Positions 53,235-64,000 of a DNA stretch of 64,000 bases are shown here, piece by piece. The position numbers and the translations under genes were made by a program. Within the stretch, counting starts at the first letter, position 1, and each line of letters starts with the position of its first letter. Source of the DNA: Eledone cirrhosa (taxonomy: Eukaryota); the NCBI GenBank assembly GCA_964016885.1, contig OZ024741.1, positions 92,194,001-92,258,000 of the forward strand, read 5' to 3'. The notes under the pieces were generated by a model. It was not told the origin of the DNA and ran no database searches. It was given only the letters and a program-made list of their open reading frames with translations.

Positions 53235-54588
53235 GTGAGTTTTTTTGTTTTTTTTAAACACAAATAAATAAATAAAAAGGAATAAAGAAAGAAGCACCAT
53301 ATATGGATAGTGGATTTATTCCCTCAAATCATATCCTCATCATCTTGAAAAATTATGTGATGGTTGCAACTAGAATGCCTTTGACCATAGGACTGCTTGA
53401 TCAGGACTGACCTAGGACTAAACATCAACTAGTAGAGAAACTATTACCCTTTCCCTATAAAGTTGAGCTTGTATCTCACACATATAAACTAAGACTTAAG
53501 CTATCACCCAGCTTAACACCACCACCTGGCACTTTGGTGTCTTTAGTGTAGTCCAATCTGTTGCAAGCATTCAAGCCAGTCTCCAGCTTGGGGGTATGTT
53601 CCACTCTCCCTCCCAACAATCTCCGAGGCCATTAAAAGGGCTGTGGTCATTGCTTTTCCCTACCTGACTAAATAGTAAAAAAGAAAGTTCCAAGTAATTT
53701 CTGAAATATAATTGTTTTGTATGTGTGTATGTGTTTTAATAGAAATAAATTAAAGATGTAACCAGTACCAACTGATTTGGTACAATTATGTTAAAATGTG
53801 GGTTTGTATAGATGTGGTAAAATGGCAAGAGATGTTAGGGGCATCAGATTAAATGTCTTCATATTTGTTCCAGCATACTGTATTCTGATAGTATCAACAA
53901 TGGAAAGACCAATTAAAACATATCCTTGGTTCAATCTCTTGATCAGCTCCTTTCATTTTCCTTTTTTGTATACTTACAACAAAAATGTTATAAGAAACAG
54001 ATGATTTGATCACTTAGAACATAGGCAAGGCACCTGTTTAGTGCTAAGGGTGAATTGCAAGTGTTAAAGAACTTGTACCAAGAAAATAATACATTTTTGA
54101 AGATTTAAAGTAAATTTAGTGTATGTGTACCTTTTTTTAAATTAGAAGCATTCACTGTGAAAAGAATGAAGTGTAAAGTGTAAACATTTTCAACTATTCC
54201 TCCATACATAGAAAAACATTATCCTTCTACAGCATTTCAGAGATTTTTGTCTCCTCTTCTGAAGGTACCATGGTATAGATGCATCCAAATCCAACCCATG
54301 TTTGTATGTAAAGCCACGCTCCTATCTCCACAACACCAATTTTGTCCAAGGGAAAAGCAAAACGCAATACATCTTAGCACTAGTGTTGTCGCAACTCATT
54401 TTTTTTTTTAAGTAAAGTGGATTGGAGCAACATGAAATAGTCTTGCTCAAGAATGCAATGTGCCATCTAGTTTGGGAATTAAACTCATGACATTACCTTT
54501 GTGAGTCCAGCACCCTCACCACTAAACCACATCCCTTTACTTGTCAAATAAATACATTATAATAAATATACATATTGATGTTATATAG

Positions 54589-54749
54589 GTATTTGAAGCT
54601 GTGATCGCTTGGGTAAAAAGAAACCCCGTGTTAAGGAAAGAAGCTTTGCCAGAACTTATGGTAAAAGTTCGTCTTCCATTGCTGACACCACAATACCTTT
54701 CAGACTATGTTGCTCCAGAAGAGTTGATTAAGAGTTCTATACCATGCAG
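54589..54749 (+). CDS. KLHL18: KLHL18 coding exon 5 (BACK)
   Basis: atAG|VFEAVIAWVKRNPVLRKEALPELMVKVRLPLLTPQYLSDYVAPEELIKSSIPC(R)|GT; 161 nt. Confidence 0.95.
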
Positions 54750-55955
54750 GTAAATTATATTCTTTTATTCTTTTACTAGTTTCAGTCACTAGACAACAGT
54801 CATACTTTATTTCATCGAGCATATTGACCCCCCAGTATTTATTTATTTCAAGTCTGGTAGTTATTTTTTCAAACCACCAAGTTACGGGACATAAACAAAG
54901 AATAAATGTAATCACAGACACCCATACACTGTCCCTAAGGGTTTTTTACCTGATCTTTTTAAGCTTTGAATATTTATAGTGATTCTCTGTTTGGATCCCA
55001 ACGTTTCATATATATATATATGTATGTATCATCATCATCATCATCATCATTTAATGTCCATCTTCCACGCTAGCATGGGTTAGACAGTTTTGTTCCATTT
55101 GATGCGGAAGTGATTGGGAGACCGTGTCTCACTCGTAGGGAGGTGTCTTTGGCAGGTTTTTTACAGGTGGATGCCCTTCCTAACACCAACCATATTTACA
55201 GTATATATATAGAGAGAGAGTATGAGAGAGAAAGATATGTAAAGCAGTTTCGGCTTATGTGTTGTGAACACACAAACCAAAACCAAAAATGATGAGACCA
55301 GGGAGATGACAAATCAGGATAGTGCTCAAAGCATGGAAAAGAGCAGAGTATTAGTGATCTACACGATAAACACACCCACTACACGCTGTAAAGTAGATGG
55401 TTATATGAGTGGCATCCAGCCATAAGAAGCTTGCCAAACAAGGGGTTGGGAGGACCCTTCAGTTTCTGTCAAAAGATATGACAACTTCTCCTCTGCACTC
55501 GATATGACAGTATGTAAGCAAGATACAGACCCCTTGGCCAATCTGCGAGGTAAGTAGCCCACTTCAGTACTAACTTGGTCTATAGACCTGTCCAACCCTT
55601 GCTAGCAGGGAAGGTAGACATTGGATGATGATGATGATGATATATATACATATATCATGATATACATATATCATCATCATCATTTAATATCCACTTTCCC
55701 TGCTAGCAAGGGTAGAAGTGGTTTACACAGACCATGTCTGTACTGAATCGCGGCTACTGACCTAGACAGGCTGGGGTTTACATCTCACTTACATACAGTT
55801 GCACATTCTGCCAAGTGCATTTTATCATTGCTCCAGCAATAGAGAAGTTGTCATGTCTGACACAACTGAAGGGTCCTCCCGACCCTTTGTTTAGTAAGCT
55901 TTCTACAGCTGGATGCCCTTCCTATCACCAACCACTTATGTATGTGTGTATATAT

Positions 55956-56510
55956 AATTGGTATTCTATAAGAATCCAGCTTCTATAGCTCACATAAACA
56001 GAGGGGTATATAGCCTTGATAACCGCTAAACAACGAGAAACACGTTGGTTATTTCCCTTTGTTTTTGCTGAAGCTAGGTATGTGGCTATAGTCACTACCA
56101 TAAATTCATAGCGAAAGGCCTTCAAAATGTTTTTAAATAAACATACAGTATATTATTAAATATACAATACATACATTCATATATACATAACTATTTCAGA
56201 GCTCCAACACAAATTTCTAATTGTTGCTGGGCCAGCAACTGCTCTGTATATTAATGAGTTTAAACAGCTCATAAACATAATTGGTATTCTATAAGAATTT
56301 AGCTTCTATAGCTCACATCATAAACAGAGAGGAGTATATAGCCTTGATAGCTGCTAAACAGCGAGAAACGTGTTGGTTATTTCCCTTTGTTTTTGCTGGG
56401 GCTAGGTATGTGGCTATTGTCACTACTGCAAATTCATAGCGAAAGGCCTTCAAAATGTTTTTAAATAAACTTACAGTATATTATTAAATATATAATGCGT
56501 ACATTGTGTA
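55956..56510 (+). mobile_element. tandem ~325-bp repeat (1.7 units), each unit with a hammerhead motif (retrozyme/pLTR-like)
   Basis: Direct repeats start at 55956 and 56279. Motifs AUAGCC-UUGAUAA-CCGCU(AAAC)AACGA-GAAA-CACG-UU^GGUUAU (56010-56052) and AUAGCC-UUGAUAG-CUGCU(AAAC)AGCGA-GAAA-CGUG-UU^GGUUAU (56338-56380). Confidence 0.7.
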
Positions 56511-56856
56511 TATATATATATTAAAAAAAGGCAAATACAGATACAAAACAATTAATGTTATTAGGTTAACGCTTAGATGAAAGAAAGAAAAAGGAGTTCA
56601 ACATATCAGACTTTAGCTCTCTATCAGGAGAATATTAAGACCTTGACCAGCCCACAATCAGGACGCCACTGTGTAGCACCAAAGGTCTCATCCTTCACAT
56701 CAAAAATAAAGACCACATACTGAAATGGCCTGAGATTCAAAAGGCCCTCAGCTACTTAATAAGGAGTGTTTGAGGACTCTTCCCCCACAACCCACTCAGG
56801 AATAAAGTGGGCAAAGGAGGAGAAGAAAAATTTGGAGGCATTAATAATATAACTAA

Positions 56857-57044
56857 GGGCGGTAGATTGGCAGTATCATTAGAGGGTCGGATGCCATGTT
56901 TTGATGCATAGAGTTACGGCCCTTGCCATTCTGAGTTCAAATCCCACCGAGGTTAACATTGCCTTTCATCCTTACGGGGTCGATAAAATAAAGTACCAGT
57001 AATGCACTGGATAAATTGCTGGCCTTGTGCCAAACGTAGAAACA
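56857..57044 (+). mobile_element. full-length tRNA-derived Nin/Deu-like SINE
   Basis: A/B boxes, central domain, 17-bp TSD attaataatataactaa (56840-56856, 57045-57061). Confidence 0.9.
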
Positions 57045-57464
57045 ATTAATAATATAACTAACTTCTTCACTATTAAGCTGGTGTTTAGAACACAACAAAG
57101 GAACATTGGAGTTTGAATGCTTTACAGTTTTCTTTTTGGCTCTTTGTACTCTGAGTTCAAATCCCACTCAGGTCAATTTTGCCTTTCTTCATTTTGAAGT
57201 CAACAAATAAATGCTAGTATAGTACTGAGGTTAATTCTTCAACTATATCTCTTTTTCACTTCTCTCTCACTCTCATGCTCCCTGAAAAAATCAGCTATGT
57301 TAAAACTGAGAGAGGGTTTAAATGGCCTAGACAAGCATTTTAATTGTCACAACAGGACCCCTATGATTTGATCAGAAGTTAAGGCTTCAAAAATATACTT
57401 TAAAATGAACTGTTTTGTATCATAGAACCTGTAGTTAATGTCTTAAATCAACAATCTCTTGTAG

Positions 57465-57601
57465 AGACTTACTGGATGAAGCTAAAGACTATCACTTGAT
57501 GCCAGAAAGACGCCCACTACTTCAGACATTCAAGACTAGGCCCCGCTGCTGTACTGATATACCAGGAATTATATATGCTGTTGGAGGACTAACATCCTCA
57601 G
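57465..57601 (+). CDS. KLHL18: KLHL18 coding exon 6
   Basis: gtAG|[45 protein letters not shown](G)|GTAAG; 137 nt. [13 protein letters not shown] and TRPRCC are characteristic of KLHL18. Confidence 0.96.
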
Positions 57602-57694
57602 GTAAGTAACATTATCTTGATAAATATATATTGGTTTTTTTGTCATGCTCACACCCTAATAACCTCAGCTAAGTAACACAAGTTGGATAAATAG

Positions 57695-60251
57695 AACTGG
57701 TCAACAAAATTAAATGTATTATATTCATTATGAATGCAAACCAACTTTTTTAGACTAATTTTTCATGCTGATTTCAAAATTTCACTCCATTTGTATGCAG
57801 CACGTATCAGTTTTTCAGTAGATACATGTGAATATTTACATATTTGTATATATGAAATCATTAATGTAATAAATAAGGGCGGTGAATTGGCAGTATCGGT
57901 AGAGGGTTGGACGCCATGCTTTCTAGCATAGTTACGTCCCTTTACAGTCTGAGTTCAAATCCCGCCGAGGTTAACTTTGCCTTTCATCCTTACGGGGTCG
58001 ATAAAATAAAGTACCAGTAATGTACTGGATAATTGCTGGCCTTGTGCCTAAAGTAGAAACAATTAATGTAATAAATAAGGACATATTATCTTTAGAAAGT
58101 AAATGAGTTTTGTTGAGTTAAAAATCATCACTATCATTCTACAAAGAGTGAATACACAACAAATGGATCAGACAAAAGAGACAAAGTTAGACCAACAGAG
58201 TTAGAAACATTGTGATTTGGATTTCCTGCGGTGTTCCTGATCTGGTTGATCATGGTAAAGTGTCCAGCAGTAGTCAACCAGCATACTGTCATTCCAGAAG
58301 CTTTGGTACCGTTTCTCCATAGCACTAATGTACTGGTGAAATCTTTCACCATGTTCATCAGACACTGCTCCAAGGTTATCTGCGAAGAAATCCAGATGGG
58401 CGTCCAAGAAATGAACTTTCAGTGACATGCGACAACTCATTGCTGAGTAACATTTCAGAAGATTCTTGATTCCATCCTTGTAGACCATTGCCTTCTTGTT
58501 GCCCAAGAAATTCTCACAGATCCAATTGAAAGCATTCCAGGCAGGCAGTTCCAGTTCATCCAGTGTTGTCTTGAACTTGACATCTTTGAGAACTTCTCTA
58601 ATTTGGGGTCCGACAAAGATACCCTCTTTCAACTTCACCTGTGTGATTTTGGGAAACTTTTCTACAATATAGTCAAACCCTCTGGAATTTCTCTTCCCTA
58701 GTGTCTTTACAAACTGTTTCATCAGTCCAGGCTTTATGTGCAAAAGAGGCAATAAGACATTGCATAGATCTACAAGAGGTATATTCTTGACGCTAGATAG
58801 TCCTGGCTCGTATGATGTTCTTGTCTGCCAGTTTGATTCCGAATAATGTCTGTCAGTTGCTTGACTATCCCATAGACACAAGAAACAACAGTATTTTGTG
58901 AAATCTGACTGCATTCCCATTAACATTCCAGTGATTTTTAAATCTCCACATATTTTCCATGAGTATCTTTCATAGGCAATGGCATGAAGTAAAAGTTCCA
59001 TATTCCCATATGATTCATGAAGATGAATGGAATGGAAGGCTTCAAATTACCATTATTGAGAAGTACAGCTTTTAAACTTTGTTTTGAAGAGTCAAACAAA
59101 TGCCACTCTGCAGGATCATGATTTTGTGATAAACATTCGAAAAGTCCATTGATGTTACTGCAAAAGCCAACCAGGCCTTCAACAGAAAAACACATTTGTA
59201 GAACCACATTTCTCTGCCGAAAATAAGTTATACGAACACCGTGCTCTAGCAGACACTTCTCCTTCAGTTCTGCTTTATCTTTTGAGAGGGATAGGTCTCT
59301 GACAAGGTCATTCAGTTCAGCTTGGGAAAATTTCTGAGGTTCAAAGTTTCGTCATCGGCCACGTAATCTTCCTCAGCAGCACTATCGTGACAGTCAGCAT
59401 CATCATCTGATGTTTCAATACTATCATTTGGTGGAACTGGAATTGGCAGACTTCCATTGAGAAGCTCAGGTCTCAGTGCAGAATACAAATAGGGATACAC
59501 AATTTTGTATTTATTCTTCATAGAAAATCCTGTGACATTTACTTTGCAAAAACAACAGTCATTAAAATGTTCTTTCGGCTCCTTCCATATCATTGGAATG
59601 GCAAAAGGCATGGACGTATTCTTCTTATTGAACCAGTCACGCAAGCCATTTGAGCAAGCTGAGCAGATAAAATGTGGTGCCCATAACTTGTCCTGATCTC
59701 CAAGAGGACAGACAAAGTATAGCTTATAAATCTTCTTGATCTTTGGTGTTATTGTACGTTTTAGAGTTTTCACAATAAATTGTCCACAGACATAACAAAA
59801 CACATCAGGACGATTTCTACACTGTCTTGACATTGTTATCACTGTAAAACAAGTAAGGATATAGATACAAACGGTTATACTTATATTGAATTTGAGATGA
59901 TGAAATATTTCATCAGACCAATTATGACTGGACAATTTGCGATGTTAAAATACCTATTTCATCAGACAAAACTTTATTGGTTAATTTAAGATGATGAAAT
60001 ATCATCTGAACTATGCAGCAATGAATAATGTAGTCTATTTTAAAGGTATGTTTCCTTGGTGTAAATGAAATACATGCATATACGTCATTAATTGGAATTT
60101 ATATATAATGTATGAGTTAAACCAAAAAAATTTCTCATCTTGAAAAATGTACGTGATCTCAAAAAACTAATTGTATATTTGAAATCAGCATTAAAAACTG
60201 TACTAAGTACACCTTGACATATGCTTGATGTAAAATACTTGTTGACCAGTG
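57695..60251 (-). mobile_element. Chapaev3-like (CMC superfamily) DNA transposon, full length, decayed
   Basis: TIR (a)ACTGGTCAACAA / TTGTTGACCAGTG, 3-bp TSD TAG. Frameshifted transposase 59831-58201 with an N-terminal Cys cluster (C...PDVFCYVCG, WAPHFIC, PMIWKEP), ICGDLK, LHIK.GLMKQFVK and SDEHGERFHQ. Superfamily label is from recalled motifs. Confidence 0.8.
57879..58061 (+). mobile_element. full-length SINE nested in the DNA transposon
   Basis: A/B boxes; 19-bp TSD attaatgtaataaataagg (57860-57878, 58062-58080). Confidence 0.9.
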
Positions 60252-61139
60252 TAGTTATTGTAGTTATCCAGTATATGACGTATGCAGGGTTTAATTTCAC
60301 AGTTGGCTCTGCCCACTTCCCATCTGCAAGGTTAATTTACCCTATTTATTCAACTATTATTTATAGTTCACCTGCGTTGTGATGGTTTTTCAAAAAAGCA
60401 AGTATATTTTCTCATTTTCGAATTCACCCAATGCTTAATAAGAGAATCAATGTTATCTTAATTTATATTGTTCTTTGTCATGCTCTTACCCTCAAAGTTT
60501 ATTTTTAATATTACCTTTAAAAAAACCCATATAACCCACATGGTTAACCTCTGCTTTACCAAAAAGTGAACCTAAATTGTTTGTTGCATGTTGTTTTATG
60601 AATTATGCTAACCTTCTCCAGTTTACTCAGCTGTAGAAATGAGATGATAGGACCGGGGGTCCCTATCATTCCACTGTAAATTGGACGTGTAGGCGCCACG
60701 GGAAAAAAAGCACCCAGCACTCACACTAAATGAGGTTGGTGTTAGGAAGGGTATCCAGCTGTAGAAATCAAGCCAGAATCTGTTCCCGTATGCGCAAGAC
60801 AAGGTCAGCCGACTGGACACTGCCCACAACAGGACAACCCGTCTAACCCATTCTAGCGTGGAAGAACGGACGTAAAACGGTGATGATGATGATGACTTTA
60901 TAATCATAAATATAATTGTATACATCAAGAAATCTTCAAAGCTGCTGAGTTTTAGTTTCATTTTATGGCTAAAACAATGAAGTTATATTCATCATGGGGT
61001 CCTTTTGCCTCCTAACTTGTAACTCACAGAAATAAAATGTACCTATCCTAAACTGGATACACACAGATAATGGAAAACAAAAAATGAATTGCAGAGTTCA
61101 ATTGAAATAGAGCCAGTGATAAATGTTGCAAAGAGAAAT

Positions 61140-62190
61140 TAAATGAGGATAGTTGGGTTTTGTATTGAGAAAGAAAGTGACTTAGAGCCAATGATAAATG
61201 TGAAGAGAAATGGAATGTGATGGTTGGGTTATGTGTTGAGGAAGTATGAAAGTGACTGGGGGGACAGAGTCAGTGGTGGATGTTGGGAAGAAAAATGGAA
61301 TGAAATGATTGGGTCTTGTGTTGAAGAAGGATGAATGTAATTGAGTGAGAAGAGGGATATAAATGAATATGGAAAGAAGTAGTGGGAGAGGAAGACCAAG
61401 AAAGACATGGCTAAAGATGCTGGAAGAAGAAATGAAAACCAAACAGTTGGTGATGAAGGAATGTAGGCAATAGGCCAAAATGGAGTAGCTTGTCACGAGT
61501 CCCACAAGTCTAACTCCTGCTTTACCTGAGAAAATGGCCTTATAACACTTGTTTCTTATTTGTTGTTGGCTGAAACAAAGAAGTTTTTAAAGATTCCCTT
61601 TCATGTTCATGTTCAACCCAGGCCAACATGTAAAGCCAGGTACATTCCACAATATGTCAAACACCACCCACTTACTTCAAGGCTACCCCCATGACCTGGT
61701 GCTTCCTCTTCTATGGTGAGATGTCTCTCCTGCCCCCTTCCTCCGACAAGTAGCATATAACTAGCACCCTTCTCATTTATACACACCCAACTTCCATCTA
61801 TGCCTTCCCAGCCTGACCAAGGACACACTGAGAACCTTATCGTTGTAATGAGGTAGTGTTGGTGCCACAATTTAAATGCACCCACCTCACTCTGTAAAAT
61901 GGTAGTGCTGGTGTCACGATAAAAAGCACCCAGTCCACGCTATAAAGTGACAGCGCTGTGCCAACACGAAAAGCACCCAGTCCACCCTGTAATGTGGTAG
62001 TGCTGGTGCCATGATAAAAAGCACCCAACCCACTCTCTAAGGTGGCAGTGCCAGAAATCAACCTCAAAATTGACCCTATGAACAGGATGTAGTCACCTGA
62101 CCCACCTGGTATCAATATGTGATAGTCCATCTAACCCATTGAAATGGAAAAAAGACATTAAATAGTGATGATGATGATGATAATGATGAT
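61140..62190 (+). mobile_element. decayed RTE 3' fragments
   Basis: W.G.V.R and GRGRPRKTW-like relics, reiterated aaaagcaccca motifs of the RTE 3' UTR, GAT tail. Confidence 0.65.
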
Positions 62191-62371
62191 TTCTACAATG
62201 GATTCTTTTAATACAGTGGAGTATTTATAGAAGCTTGTTATGAGTCTGCAAGGCTAACCCCTATTTTAGCAGGGAACGTAGCCTCAAAATGTTTCTTATT
62301 ATTTGTTGCTTGTTGGTTGAAACAAAGAAGTATTTGAACAATTTCCTTATTTCTACATTATATTTCTACAG

Positions 62372-62479
62372 GAGATTCTCTCAGTACAGTGGAGTGTTTT
62401 GACCCTGTAAACAGAAGATGGAAAATAGCCGAAGCCATGAGTACCATGCGCAGTCGAGTTGGCGTGGCCGTCCTTAATT
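62372..62479 (+). CDS. KLHL18: KLHL18 coding exon 7 (Kelch)
   Basis: acAG|(G)[35 protein letters not shown]|GTAAG; 108 nt. Confidence 0.95.
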
Positions 62480-62507
62480 GTAAGTTCCTAAATATAATAA
62501 TAATAAT

Positions 62508-63051
62508 AATTGTTTTTGATATAGGCACTAGGCCAACAATTATTTGGAGAGGGAAAGTCGATTAAATTGACCCCAGTGTTTACTGGTACTTTATTTTATC
62601 GACCCTGTAAGGATGAAAGGCAAAGATAATCTCAGTGGGATTGGAACTCAGAATGAAAAGAAATGTAACTCTATGCTGTAAAACAGTGTCCGATGCTCTA
62701 ATAATGGTTTCTGATTTATGCACAAGGCCAGCAATTTTGGGGGAGGGGAAAGTCAATTAAATTGATCCCAGTGCATTACTAGTACTTTATTTCATCGACT
62801 CTGTAAGGATGAAAGGCAAAAATAACCACAGCGGGATTTGAACTTAGGACGTAAAGGGACGTAGCTCTATGCCATCAGACATTTTATCCACTGCGTTAAT
62901 GATTTTGCTTATCCACTGCACTCCTACCAGTTGTCTAATAATAATGGTTTCTGATTTTAGGCACAAAGCCAACACTTTGCAGGGAAGGGAAATTTAATTA
63001 AATTGACTCCAGTGCGTTACTGGTACTTTATTTTATCGACCCAGTAAGGAT
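62508..63051 (-). mobile_element. three tandem Nin/Deu-like SINE copies
   Basis: Units begin near 62508, 62701 and 62940, each with (AAT)n tail, ggcacaaggccagcaa-like and ttttatcgaccc motifs. Confidence 0.8.
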
Positions 63052-63853
63052 GTGTAAAAGTAAACACAATGATAATAATTATATTAGGAGTAATGACAAT
63101 TGTAACAATAATAATAAATATGCTAGTGTGGAAACTGGATGTTAAACAACGATAATGATGATGATCTGTACACCTCCCATCTACAGAATTTTTCATCGGC
63201 TGTCTTTAATTCAACATCACTATTGATTTTTGTAACAAAGCTACAAGCTGTTTACATCTCCCATCTAAAAATTCCTTCCTCTGGAAACAGAAACATTAGT
63301 TAACCTTTTTGGTATCAAACTGCCTTAAATTGCTCCTTCAATTAGAAAAAGCTGTTTATTTGATTTATCTAAGAACCTAACATTATAGTTTTATGTAAGA
63401 ATATTTGTTAAGTTATGTTTCAGACACCAACATAATAATGAGAAAGCTAGTTATTTTACTAAATCACTCCAAATTCATGATTATTTTCGAAATTATTTGA
63501 AAATTATAGACAGTATCTTTCATGAAAAATAGGGTAACATAAAGGTTAATTTTTGTATATAAATTCTATACAACCTAGATCTAAAAATTCTTTCATCTGG
63601 AAACCTTTAGTTAACCCTTTTATTACCATATTTTCAATGATTTTCAAATGATTTAGAAAATAATCATGAATTTGGAGGGATTTAACTTTCTCATTTTTTA
63701 CCAAAGATTCTTACATAAAATTATGATGTTATGCATTTAGATAAATACAAACACTTTAAAATAAACAGCTTTGTTTTGTAGGACCTGCAGCAGTTTTGAG
63801 CAGGTTGGTATCAAAAGGCTTAATTCAATAATTATCACTGTTGGTTTTTGTAG

Positions 63854-63968
63854 CAAAGCTTTACGCCATTGGTGGATATGATGGCCAAGATCGACTGAGT
63901 ACAGTAGAAGTATTTAAACCTGATACAAAACGATGGAGAAAAGTTGCATCTATGAACTGTAAAAGAAG
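63854..63968 (+). CDS. KLHL18: KLHL18 coding exon 8 (Kelch); gene continues beyond window
   Basis: gtAG|(S)[37 protein letters not shown]|GTAAG; 115 nt, phase-compatible. Confidence 0.95.
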
Positions 63969-64000
63969 GTAAGTTGTTTTCCAATTTTCCTTTTTATCCA

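Noticed and set aside
56857-56950. tRNA genes at SINE heads
   Set aside because: A/B boxes are present but there is no complete cloverleaf, and they continue into the SINE body with TSDs.
59896-60010. Repeated gatgatgaaat / tttcatcagac motifs resembling ribozyme cores
   Set aside because: No GAAA-helix III-UH arrangement; better explained as subterminal repeats of the DNA transposon.

Overview
Eukaryotic, AT-rich, repeat-dense genomic DNA. The repeat content (tRNA-derived Nin/Deu-domain SINEs, RTE LINEs with (GAT)n tails, very long (TA/TG)n tracts) points to an octopus-like cephalopod; this is an inference. The only clear host gene is the 5' part of a Kelch-like 18 (KLHL18; BTB-BACK-Kelch) gene on the + strand: 8 coding exons from 29714 to 63968, continuing past the window. 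The rest is mobile DNA: an RTE LINE with an uninterrupted reading frame and an internal PHD-like finger, several younger or decayed RTE copies, at least four Penelope-like elements (PLEs, GIY-YIG) inserted in or beside (TA)n tracts, a decayed Chapaev3-like DNA transposon, CRE- and R4-like fragments, SINEs, MITEs and a 27-bp minisatellite. The most notable hidden signal is 14 type-I hammerhead ribozyme motifs from about 10 sequence families, found by eye. They lie in PLE pseudo-LTRs and in small ORF-less fold-back or tandem elements. Several have a U3-A8 covariant core, and one tandem pair has mutually complementary helix-III sequences. Most long Tyr/Ile/Cys/Val ORFs in the track are microsatellite artefacts.
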